From assembly GCA_038870975.1 (NCBI GenBank), contig JAVZJD010000001.1, positions 288,001 through 352,000 of the forward strand: 64,000 nt of DNA. Direction: 5' to 3'. The translations under genes and the position numbers were made by a program. Below the pieces are notes generated by a model that did not search any database, was not told where the DNA came from, and was given only the letters and a program-made list of their open reading frames with translations. Below, piece by piece: positions 20,004 to 28,637 of the stretch (its first letter is position 1; each line of letters begins with the position of its first letter). Source of the DNA: Candidatus Bathyarchaeia archaeon. GTDB lineage: Archaea > Thermoproteota > CALKCG01 > B24.

Positions 20004-20028
20004 TCTAAACGACCATCATGCGTTTAGA
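20004..20028. promoter_or_regulatory. inverted repeat TCTAAACG-N9-CGTTTAGA downstream of TATA (putative operator of the surface protein gene)
   Basis: TTATATA at 19980-19986; direct repeat GTATGTACC at 19941 and 19955. Confidence 0.5.
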
Positions 20029-20112
20029 TGCGTCTGGGGGACTAAAAGGGGATCAGCCCCCGTTAAAGCCGAGAGCGATGATAGCTCCCCAATTAGAGAG
20101 GAGAGTGAGTAA

Positions 20113-22353
20113 ATGAAGAAAATACTGGTCAACTTATTGATACTGCTCATGCTTGTAGCGGCTGCTCCTACAATATTACGTGTAACTGGTGACAATCAAA
20201 GTCAGGCTGGAACAACCCTTAGCGCAGAAGTAACGGCAACTGCCTACTGGGTAATCAGATATGGATGGATGATTGAGAAATCCGTAAACCCAGATACTTG
20301 GCATCTATTTAAAGGCGATTCCGGCACATCAAAGTACACGATCACTGTGACGAAGTACAGCGGTACTGAAGAAGCATGGGTAGAGGGCGTAGTAACCGTC
20401 ACTAACGGTGGTGAGAGACCTACTGAAAACCTGAAGATTGTAATCGAGCTCAGGGATGGCTATCCACCGCCAAAGGATTTAATCGCGACTACTACTGTTG
20501 ACGTCAGTAGTAATCCCGTCCTAGATCCTGGAGAGACGGGAGAATACCATTATAAAATAGCAATACCTAGTAATTGTATACATGCCGACGGCACATACAA
20601 GGTTACTGCTAATGTGACTATTACAAATCACAGTGGGTTTTTGGGCGAACCTTTTGGGCCTAGTCCTAGCGATACAACGAAGTTACCGAGTAGTCCAACA
20701 TTAGTCAACAACGTTATTCACATCGACGATACTAACGGTGGTTCGTGGGAATTCAGTGAAAGCGGCTCTGTATCTTATGAGAAGACTTTCACATGTGCTG
20801 ATGAAGGGGAGAATGTGAATACTGCGACGATTCGAGAGACTGGGCAGTCTGCTTCTGCTACTGTTATAGTCAACTGTTACGAGCTTGAGGTGAGGAAGAC
20901 TGCAGACACCTCCTTTACACGCACCTATAAGTGGACCATAGATAAAGAGGCTGATACGTCGGAGCTAACGCTTAAGGTTGGAGAAACTGCAAAAGTCGAA
21001 TATGAAATAACTGTGGATGCAACCTATACTGACAGCGATTGGAAGGTTTCGGGAACGATTACCGTGCATAATCCTGCTCCAATACCAGCAAACATAACCA
21101 GCATTACAGACGTAGTATCGCCAGACATTAATGCCGACGCAGACTTCGGAGTAACATTCCCATATTTGCTTCCAGCGGAGGGTACTTTAACTGGAACATA
21201 TAGTGCAAGCCTACCTGATGCTTCATCCCGTACAAACACGGCTACTGTAACTATTCAGAACTACGCCTACAATTGGGATGGAACTAAAACCGCTACGGAA
21301 ACTACAGACTTCTCCGGCACTGCAGAGGTCGATTTTACTGAAGCAACTATAGAGGAAGTTGATGAAAGCATAAGTGTTAGCGATACCTACGCTGGTGACC
21401 TTGGCACAGTCAAGTATGAAGAGGCTCCTAAGACCTTCACGTATACTCGTCCGATAGGACCATACTATGAACCCGGCAACTATGAAGTTAAGAATACGGC
21501 TTCATTCGTCACATGCGACACTGAAGTGACGGGTAGCGACGACTGGACAGTCGAAGTACATGTTCCATCGGTTAAAGCAACGATTAGCGGCTTCAAGTTC
21601 TACGATGCTAATTCGAATGGTGTGTGGGATGAAGATGAACCTGCCGTTGGAGGATTTAAAATAGAACTTTACGATATGGACTGGAAATTATTGGATACAG
21701 TATTTACCGGTGAAAATGGAAAATACTGTTTCGAGGGGCTTGATGCTGGAACGTATATTGTGAAGGAAGTTCTACCAAGCAATTGGATCAATACAACTTC
21801 CGCAGAACTGACTGTTACCTTAGAGTCTGGGGAAGTAAGCGAAGGCAATAACTTTGGAAACGTCTGTCTAAAGCCCGGCGAGGGAGGTAGAACGTTAGGC
21901 TTCTGGACTAATAAGAACGGACAAGCCTTGATAACCTTAGACGATGTAACGGCATTAAACGGATTAAATCTTTACAAGCCGAGCGGATGGACTTATCCAC
22001 CCTTCAGTGGTACTCTTGAGACGGCGAAAACCCAGATTAGAGACTATTTGCTTAAAGCTAATGCTAAGGATATGCGTTGGATGCTTTCAGCCCAGCTTAT
22101 CGCGACGAAGCTAAACGTTTTACACGGGTTCTTAAGCAACAGTACAATTGTATATGTTGGTCCATCGTCATACGTTCCAACAGGCTTCATAAAGATAGGC
22201 GAAATATTAGATAATGCAAACACGGCTCTGTCTGGAACTAATAGAGCTGAGCAGGCGTATTGGAAGGATCTGCTTGACGGGCTTAACAACAACAGGTTTC
22301 CGTTTGTATGCCCTCTATCATGCTCTGTAGAATATCCCTCAGGAGACCCATAG
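20113..22353 (+). CDS. secreted Thr-rich beta-sandwich surface protein with an SdrD-B/Cna-B-like domain
   Basis: Signal peptide MKKILVNLLILLMLVAAA, two internal repeats (W.I.K...Y.ITV...V.G.ITV.N), ISGFKFYDANSNGVWD domain, GRTLGFWTN. Confidence 0.75.
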   Translation: MKKILVNLLILLMLVAAAPTILRVTGDNQSQAGTTLSAEVTATAYWVIRYGWMIEKSVNPDTWHLFKGDSGTSKYTITVTKYSGTEEAWVEGVVTVTNGGERPTENLKIVIELRDGYPPPKDLIATTTVDVSSNPVLDPGETGEYHYKIAIPSNCIHADGTYKVTANVTITNHSGFLGEPFGPSPSDTTKLPSSPTLVNNVIHIDDTNGGSWEFSESGSVSYEKTFTCADEGENVNTATIRETGQSASATVIVNCYELEVRKTADTSFTRTYKWTIDKEADTSELTLKVGETAKVEYEITVDATYTDSDWKVSGTITVHNPAPIPANITSITDVVSPDINADADFGVTFPYLLPAEGTLTGTYSASLPDASSRTNTATVTIQNYAYNWDGTKTATETTDFSGTAEVDFTEATIEEVDESISVSDTYAGDLGTVKYEEAPKTFTYTRPIGPYYEPGNYEVKNTASFVTCDTEVTGSDDWTVEVHVPSVKATISGFKFYDANSNGVWDEDEPAVGGFKIELYDMDWKLLDTVFTGENGKYCFEGLDAGTYIVKEVLPSNWINTTSAELTVTLESGEVSEGNNFGNVCLKPGEGGRTLGFWTNKNGQALITLDDVTALNGLNLYKPSGWTYPPFSGTLETAKTQIRDYLLKANAKDMRWMLSAQLIATKLNVLHGFLSNSTIVYVGPSSYVPTGFIKIGEILDNANTALSGTNRAEQAYWKDLLDGLNNNRFPFVCPLSCSVEYPSGDP

Positions 22354-22696
22354 GAGAGTATTAACCTCTTAAATTTCCCCTCTTATTTTTTATGCTAAAT
22401 GGTTATGTTGGCTTCTCTCTAAATAGGGTTGTGTTTTATATCTAATTGAAAATTTTATGTTAGGTATAGGTGGGTAGGACATACCGAGTGTAGAACCATT
22501 CCATGCACTACTCCTTTGATGGAAATACGGCATACCGAGGTTCAAATACCTAGGCTAAGGTGGTTAGACGGCTATTCACAACATGCCTACTTTGACAGCG
22601 CGATAGGTAAATCCACATTCTTTTACTCTAGCCTTATAGTTGATGAATCTACAATTGGAGAAGCGATTAAGATTTTCCCCTATTTAACCCTCTATT

Positions 22697-23515
22697 TTAC
22701 CCCTGCCTTTTGAAGGCTCTTTTGAAGTAAACCGCGTAGAGGTCTGTGTTTCCAAGCAGTTCAAAGTATGTCTTCTTCTCCCAGTTTCTCCTCAATGCTT
22801 CGTCGCATTGGTATATGACAACTCCCTCCTTTAGAACCCTCGATATGAGCGTCGGATCAGCCTTGTTCAAAGATGAAACATCAACCTTATCCACGGGTAT
22901 TCCTAAGGAATCGGCTATTTCCAACGCTAGTTCAGCCTCATTTAAGATTGTTGCATCATATTTCTCAAATAGAACAGCTATATCGTAGTCGCTATCTTCT
23001 CTAAAATCTCCTCTAGCTCTACTTCCAAATAAATATGCTATCATAACCTTATGCTTTTTAAAAGTCTCAGCCATCCTATTCAGCATAGACTCCGCCGATT
23101 CAAACCCCCTCCCATCAGGGTCTAAACCCTTCTCCTCGATTATCCTACTTATAGAGCCTATCAGCTTCTCAACATCCGGCAGTAGCCTATTAACTATATC
23201 TAGCAAATCTTCGATTGAAATTCTCCGATAGGCGTGGGCTAAAGTATTCCTAACGGTTGCGATTCTTCTAACGATTTCAACAGCATCCACGTTTACAAGA
23301 CCACCTTCATAGAAGATGCGTCCCAACTCAGAGTATGAACTTGGCTTCCTTAAGCCAAGGTCGACTACAACCATAGACATAACGTCTAAGACATTCTGCA
23401 ACGTAGCGTAAACCTCCCATCTAAGCGCTGAAGCCTCAACATCAGAACTGGGCTTAATACTTCTAGCCCTCTTAATACAATTCAACGCCTCAGATAGAAT
23501 GGCCTTCAACTCCAC
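22697..23515 (-). CDS. fused HEPN (DUF86) RNase toxin and MNT nucleotidyltransferase antitoxin
   Basis: N-terminal RNTLAHAY (Rx4H-x-Y); C-terminal YLFGSRARGD..SDYDIAV. Confidence 0.85.
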   Translation of the reverse strand: MELKAILSEALNCIKRARSIKPSSDVEASALRWEVYATLQNVLDVMSMVVVDLGLRKPSSYSELGRIFYEGGLVNVDAVEIVRRIATVRNTLAHAYRRISIEDLLDIVNRLLPDVEKLIGSISRIIEEKGLDPDGRGFESAESMLNRMAETFKKHKVMIAYLFGSRARGDFREDSDYDIAVLFEKYDATILNEAELALEIADSLGIPVDKVDVSSLNKADPTLISRVLKEGVVIYQCDEALRRNWEKKTYFELLGNTDLYAVYFKRAFKRQG

Positions 23516-23849
23516 ATTATTCTCCCAACGAAAAAACGACTTAAACGCATATAAACGTTTACCGCTTGATAGGATATGAATTAGAGAAGTACACTCATAG
23601 TCTTAAAAATATGTGTAGAATTAACCTTCATCTTCCAGTCAAAATATATCTTCACATCCTTCCTTTAGAACTATGGATATTTTATCCATGCTGTTAAAGA
23701 AGCTTTTTCTGAAAACTTCAAACCAAGAAAACGGGCAGTTGAATTTCACCTTACGAGTGTTAACCTAGGTTTTCCCTACCATAAACTCTACACCCTCTCT
23801 TATCAACCACGAAAGAATCGTTTAAATAAATCCGATAAAATTGCCATAG

Positions 23850-24130
23850 CTACGACTGTACATCTTTAGATTCTACTCTCCACGTCTACTTTATCAAAGC
23901 TTTGTCGAAGGAGATTATTTTTAGCCCCGTCTTCTTAGCATAGTAGTACGGTAGTCCGCCGTCGAAGTCTAGATCCACATTCCCCGATAATTCGCATGCT
24001 ACGAGTTAATTCCCAACCGGAAGTTCAACTACTGTTAAACCATGCCAAGTTAAAACCTCTGAGAGGGGTTCCGTCACAAGCCTTGGCTCTCCCAAGATTG
24101 CCGAGGGGGTTTAGAATAGAAACATCTCAC
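23850..24130 (-). pseudogene. PIN/VapC toxin remnant
   Basis: Minus strand reads ...LSEVLTWHGLTVVELPVGN*LVACELSGNVDLDFDGGLPYYYAKKTGLKIISFDK/FDKVDVE, a PIN C-terminal pattern with a stop at 24006-24008 and frameshifts. Confidence 0.7.
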
Positions 24131-24235
24131 ACATTTTCCACCAGAAACAGCCATGTAACGGCTCAACAAGCAAAAGCCTTAACTTCAGTTCACACAAATC
24201 CACTCAGATAGAACAGCAGTTGAAAACGAATAGGG

Positions 24236-25006
24236 ATGTCTGAGACTATGGAAGTCTCCTTCAGAAAACTTCGAATAGTGAAATTCAAAGGCAGGTCCTT
24301 CGAGTATGTAGAGGATGAAGTGGCAGTAGAACATCCTATAACCATACACATCAATGGAAAACTTCTAGACGTTCTCTACGCAACCCCTCAAGAGCTTATA
24401 GAACTTACAGTAGGCTACTTGATGACAAAAGGACTCATCAAAAACCTCGGGGAAATAATCGAGATACGTACGAGAAACTCCTCAATTTACATCACAGTTC
24501 TAGAATCGGTTGAACAGAGAGTAAAGAAGCACAGCATTGAACACACTAAGACACTAAAAACGGCATTCGACCAAACCCACAATTGGAAAGTTGAATCCGA
24601 AGTTAAATGGCCTCACACTAAAATACTTGAAACCGTTGAAAAACTCAACACCAAAGCAACGATATTCCGAAGAACTGGTGGAACACACGCCGCTATGATC
24701 ACAAGCATCGAGGGAATTGAAATCCTATGTGAAGACGTGGGGAGGCATAACGCTGTAGATAAGGTCATTGGGGCATACGCTTTAAGAGGGTTTAAAGACT
24801 TCAGCCGTGTACTCTTAACTTTTAGTGGAAGAGTTTCATCTGAAATCGTCCTTAAAGCCGCCGAGGTGAAAATTCCAATCATCGCCTCAATATCGGCACC
24901 GACTTCCCTCGGAATAACACTCGCAGAGCAATCTGGAATAACGCTTATCGGTTTCGTCAGAGAGAGTGGATTCAACGTGTACACCCATCCTGAGAGAGTC
25001 ACCTAG
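24236..25006 (+). CDS. fdhD: formate dehydrogenase accessory sulfurtransferase
   Basis: VAVEHP, TGGTHAA, EDVGRHNAVDK, SGRVSSE, APTSLG. Confidence 0.92.
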   Translation: MSETMEVSFRKLRIVKFKGRSFEYVEDEVAVEHPITIHINGKLLDVLYATPQELIELTVGYLMTKGLIKNLGEIIEIRTRNSSIYITVLESVEQRVKKHSIEHTKTLKTAFDQTHNWKVESEVKWPHTKILETVEKLNTKATIFRRTGGTHAAMITSIEGIEILCEDVGRHNAVDKVIGAYALRGFKDFSRVLLTFSGRVSSEIVLKAAEVKIPIIASISAPTSLGITLAEQSGITLIGFVRESGFNVYTHPERVT

Positions 25007-25027
25007 AGCGTATAATTCATCTGCCGA

Positions 25028-25056
25028 TGAAAATATAACTATTAGTTATATTTTCA
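25028..25056. promoter_or_regulatory. perfect 14-1-14 palindrome upstream of homocysteine synthase
   Basis: TGAAAATATAACTA-T-TAGTTATATTTTCA. Confidence 0.7.
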
Positions 25057-25080
25057 ACGATAAAGTTTAATAATATGTAT

Positions 25081-25093
25081 ATAACAGCGTTTT
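25081..25093. promoter_or_regulatory. ATAAC-N3-GTTAT-like site (1 mismatch)
   Basis: ATAACAGCGTTTT between the TATA-like TTTAATAA and the start. Confidence 0.55.
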
Positions 25094-25096
25094 ACA

Positions 25097-26275
25097 GTGT
25101 CCTATTTGACAGATTGCGAGCTTGAAAAACCCATAAGAACCTATGAAGAAATAAATGAGAAGATCAGAAAAGGAGAAGTTGTAGTTTTGAGAGCAGATGA
25201 ATTTAAACGTCTAGCTGAAAATAGAGGTTTTGAAGCGGCAGCTAAGGAGGTCGATGTTATAACGACTGGCACATTTGGAGCCATGTGCTCCTCAGGAGCT
25301 GTAATCAACCTAGGACATTCAGACCCACCTATTAAGATAGATAAAGCCTGGATAAACGACGTCCCCGTATGCCATCCGGGGGCGGCAGTAGACCTATACA
25401 TAGGAGCTACTCAAATGTCTGAAACCAAGCCCTTTGAATACGGCGGCGGCCATGTCATTGAAGACTTAATACGTGGAAATGAAGTCGAATTGAGGGCTAC
25501 TGCCTATGGAACAGACTGCTACCCTAGAACTAGACTTGAAACCACGATAACGAAGTACGATTTAAACCAATTCTACATGTTGAACTTTAGAAATGCTTAT
25601 CAAAAATACGTCTGTGCAACCAATAGTAGGGATACTACAATGTATACTTACATGGGTAAATTGTTGCCACATTACGGAAATGCCACCTTTTCAGGGTCTG
25701 GTGAATTAAACCCTCTGATGAACGATCCAGATTACGAAACGATAGGCATTGGAACGAGGATATTCCTTGGAGGTGCGAAAGGCTACGTAATAGGTGAAGG
25801 TACTCAACATGACCCGAAGAATCAAATGGGCACATTAATGGTTAGAGGAAATTGTATGGAAATGGACGCTAAGTACGTCAGAGGAGCGGCTATAACCCGC
25901 TATGGAACATCGATATACGTTGGACTCGGCATACCAATACCAATATTAAGCTTGAAAATCGCTAAAAACATTGCGTCTACAAAAGATGAGAACATAAAGG
26001 TCAAAGTTGTAGACTACGGCATCCCTAAGAGGGAAAGACCCATATTGAGAGAAGTCTCCTACAAAGAGCTTAAAACTGGGAGAATAGAAATCCTAGGTAA
26101 AACTGTCAAAGTAAGCCCTCTATCAAGCATCAAAATCGCACTAGATATAGCTGAAACCCTGAAGAAGTGGATTGAAGAAGGAACATTCTACCTCTCTAAA
26201 CCCGTTGAAAACCTACCTAAAGACTCTATATTTAGACCAATGAGGGAGGGAGTCGTCGCAAAGAGAATACTGTAG
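25097..26275 (+). CDS. L-aspartate semialdehyde sulfurtransferase (MA1821/DUF39-type homocysteine synthesis), no CBS tail
   Basis: RTYEEINEKI, VDVITTGTFGAMCSSG, YGGGHVIEDL, TDCYPR, RNAYQ, YTYMG. Confidence 0.9.
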   Translation: MSYLTDCELEKPIRTYEEINEKIRKGEVVVLRADEFKRLAENRGFEAAAKEVDVITTGTFGAMCSSGAVINLGHSDPPIKIDKAWINDVPVCHPGAAVDLYIGATQMSETKPFEYGGGHVIEDLIRGNEVELRATAYGTDCYPRTRLETTITKYDLNQFYMLNFRNAYQKYVCATNSRDTTMYTYMGKLLPHYGNATFSGSGELNPLMNDPDYETIGIGTRIFLGGAKGYVIGEGTQHDPKNQMGTLMVRGNCMEMDAKYVRGAAITRYGTSIYVGLGIPIPILSLKIAKNIASTKDENIKVKVVDYGIPKRERPILREVSYKELKTGRIEILGKTVKVSPLSSIKIALDIAETLKKWIEEGTFYLSKPVENLPKDSIFRPMREGVVAKRIL

Positions 26276-26279
26276 GAGG

Positions 26280-26678
26280 TTGTTAAAAATGGTTAAAATA
26301 CTCTTGAGGTTCCATAGAGGGCTCATGAGGGAACCCATAACTTCAACAGTCATCCTAGAGAAAGGCGTTAAAATAAACATTCTAAAAGCCTTCGTACATG
26401 AGAGGGGCGGAGAGATGCTTATAGAAGTCTCAGATGAATACGCAGATGAAATAATCAGGGCTTTTGAAAGCAAAGGCGTTGAAGTCATACTTAGAAGGAC
26501 AATATCCGTAGACTCGGATAAATGTATACACTGTGGCGCCTGCCTCTCCCTCTGTCCAGCAGATGCCATAAAATTATCTCAAGAGTACACGGTATCTTTC
26601 GATGAAAGTAAATGTGTAGCATGCGGCATCTGCGTAGACGCATGTCCGATGAGAGCCATCTCTCTTATAACCTTCTGA
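26280..26678 (+). CDS. NIL domain plus 2x[4Fe-4S] ferredoxin subunit (MA1822-type)
   Basis: INILKA, CIHCGACLSLCP, CVACGICVDACP; directly follows the DUF39 gene. Confidence 0.9.
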   Translation: MLKMVKILLRFHRGLMREPITSTVILEKGVKINILKAFVHERGGEMLIEVSDEYADEIIRAFESKGVEVILRRTISVDSDKCIHCGACLSLCPADAIKLSQEYTVSFDESKCVACGICVDACPMRAISLITF

Positions 26679-26682
26679 ATCT

Positions 26683-27024
26683 TTAAACCCGTAGGCTTTC
26701 TAACTCATCTATATGCTTTTGGATGACTTTACAGATCTGACAAATGTCCAATACATTCGGCTCAGGGCTTTTAGACTTAGCGATATCTTCCGCGATCTTC
26801 TCCACAATATTCCTAACGCTGTCAACTCTCATCAATTTTTCGGAAAGCTTCCATCCACGCTTCGACCGCAAATAGTGACTTATGGCTGCCTGCGTAGTAC
26901 CTAAAGCTTTAGCGGCTGAAGTTTGAGTAAACCCATACTTCTCTACGAGCCTCTTAGCTATAAGAAGTCTTACAGCTGGTAGAATAAACTTGACAGACGA
27001 CTCGCACGGAGGTTTTAAACCCAT
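26683..27024 (-). CDS. Cys-bearing HTH transcriptional regulator (COG2522-like)
   Basis: PPCE...LPAVR, HTH TQTSAAKALGTTQAAISHYL, C-terminal ICQIC. Confidence 0.85.
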   Translation of the reverse strand: MGLKPPCESSVKFILPAVRLLIAKRLVEKYGFTQTSAAKALGTTQAAISHYLRSKRGWKLSEKLMRVDSVRNIVEKIAEDIAKSKSPEPNVLDICQICKVIQKHIDELESLRV

Positions 27025-27050
27025 AGATTTCTCCTAGAGTAGTAAGGATT

Positions 27051-27063
27051 ATTACTCTGTTAT
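27051..27063. promoter_or_regulatory. ATAAC-N3-GTTAT-like site (1 mismatch) overlapping the regulator's own TATA box
   Basis: ATTACTCTGTTAT; the minus strand reads TTTATAACAGAGTAAT. Confidence 0.6.
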
Positions 27064-27110
27064 AAATTTTGCCATAGATCCATCTAAAAATTTATACGAA
27101 TCTAAACTTC

Positions 27111-28436
27111 TCAAACTCCTCCCTTAACTTTAAAATATTCTTCAAACTGCTCTACGTACTTATAGCCAGTATCTGGAAAAACCAAAACGTAAACTCCACG
27201 CTCCTTCATCATTCTAGTGAATGCAGTGAAAACAGCCCCAGCACTTAAACCTATTAAAAGCCCCTCCCTTCTAGCGACTGTCAATACGCCCTCTAAAGCT
27301 TCTCTCCTACTAACGTCTACAACCTGGTCGAACACCGCCCAGTGAATCCACTTCATACCTGTTTCAACCCTACGTACGCCGGGTATTGTCTCATTAGGAG
27401 CAGATTGAACACCTATGATCTTCACAGAATCTCCATACTTGCTTTTGAAGTAGATAGATATAGCACTCATATGTCCTGAAGTCCCCAAACACCCTATAAT
27501 ATAGTCTGGAACTAGTCCTAGACTTCCAAGCTGTTCATCGATCTCCCTAGCCGTATATTTGAGATGGACTTTAAGATTCGCGTCGTTTTCAAACTGATTC
27601 AAATGCGTCGCTCCATCCTCTTTAGACTTCGCATCAACTTCTTCTAAGGCTTCTACAGTTAAATCTACAGGTACTCTTACAACATCAGCCCCTAAAACCC
27701 TGAGTAAAACATCGCTAGTCTTCTGAACAGTCCTCGGAAGGAATAGCTTCACCTTTCTCCCTAGGATACTTGCTATAGCCGCTATAGCAATTCCGGTGTT
27801 GGTGGAAGTAGCCTCATACAGAACGTCTCCCAAAACACCATCTTCAAGAGCCCTCATAACTAAAGCCCAGCCAGTCCTATCTTTAACGCTATTACTAAAC
27901 GGATTTAACCCTTCAAGCTTAGCCCAGACAGTTCTTTCACCATTTGAGAAAGACCTAAGCTTAACCAGAGGCGTCGGCCAATCTCCATAGAAAAGCTCTA
28001 AAGTGCTATTATAAACTCTAAGCCTCCTATCATCTTTTCTACGAACATTTAACAAATTCAAGTTTACATCTACTTTTGGGACTCCCCCCTTGATTTGAAC
28101 GTCAAAACTTCCATATGGAAGCCTCGGACCTTTAATACCAGCTCTAATAACATCCTCCAACGTAACAGGTCCAAATCGCGTATTTAGAGTCTTAACAACC
28201 ACTCTAGAAGAGTCGATTTGAAGCACGGGGATTTTCTCAGCTGAGAAAATCTTTAAAGCCTCAAATACTTCCCATCCCTTCAAAACAACCATAGTTGACT
28301 TTTCAACTACAATAGGTTCTCTAACGCATTTTTCACTGAGGATTCGACTGTACGTAGGGATTACAATCTTTAAATCTACGTTTACTGGCTGTTTCACTTC
28401 GTTTATCCCCACGTTTTTGATTCTACCCTTCGACAT
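27111..28436 (-). CDS. PLP cysteine synthase (O-phosphoserine sulfhydrylase type) with a degenerate N-terminal SerK/ParB-like domain
   Basis: WPTPLVKL, NPFSNSVKDR, EATSTNTG, NQFEN, GTSGH, FPDTGYKY. Probable ATG start at 28436. Confidence 0.85.
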   Translation of the reverse strand: MSKGRIKNVGINEVKQPVNVDLKIVIPTYSRILSEKCVREPIVVEKSTMVVLKGWEVFEALKIFSAEKIPVLQIDSSRVVVKTLNTRFGPVTLEDVIRAGIKGPRLPYGSFDVQIKGGVPKVDVNLNLLNVRRKDDRRLRVYNSTLELFYGDWPTPLVKLRSFSNGERTVWAKLEGLNPFSNSVKDRTGWALVMRALEDGVLGDVLYEATSTNTGIAIAAIASILGRKVKLFLPRTVQKTSDVLLRVLGADVVRVPVDLTVEALEEVDAKSKEDGATHLNQFENDANLKVHLKYTAREIDEQLGSLGLVPDYIIGCLGTSGHMSAISIYFKSKYGDSVKIIGVQSAPNETIPGVRRVETGMKWIHWAVFDQVVDVSRREALEGVLTVARREGLLIGLSAGAVFTAFTRMMKERGVYVLVFPDTGYKYVEQFEEYFKVKGGV

Positions 28437-28447
28437 AACGGCGTTAT
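28435..28447. promoter_or_regulatory. ATAAC-N3-GTTAT site overlapping the cysteine synthase start
   Basis: ATAACGGCGTTAT, perfect match, downstream of TTTTTAAG on the minus strand. Confidence 0.65.
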
Positions 28448-28637
28448 ATTTAACCCTCAAACTTAAAAACTTTTAGAAGACCAGTAACTGTCGATTAACT
28501 CTAAATATGAGGCGCTACGTTTAAAATCGTAAACTCTCTACATAGAAATCAAAAGTTTTTCTTCACAACACTCGTAAATTACTCTAGAAGAGCCTCTATC
28601 TTAAGGAGAAGTGTAAATCTAAGCTGGAGGGGAGGAA

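Noticed and set aside
22516-22713. 65-aa ORF, and similarly 23996-24211
   Set aside because: No motifs; the second is antisense to the PIN remnant.
27111-27125. Cysteine synthase ends in KGGV, like an unprocessed Ubl tail
   Set aside because: No beta-grasp domain precedes it; probably coincidence.
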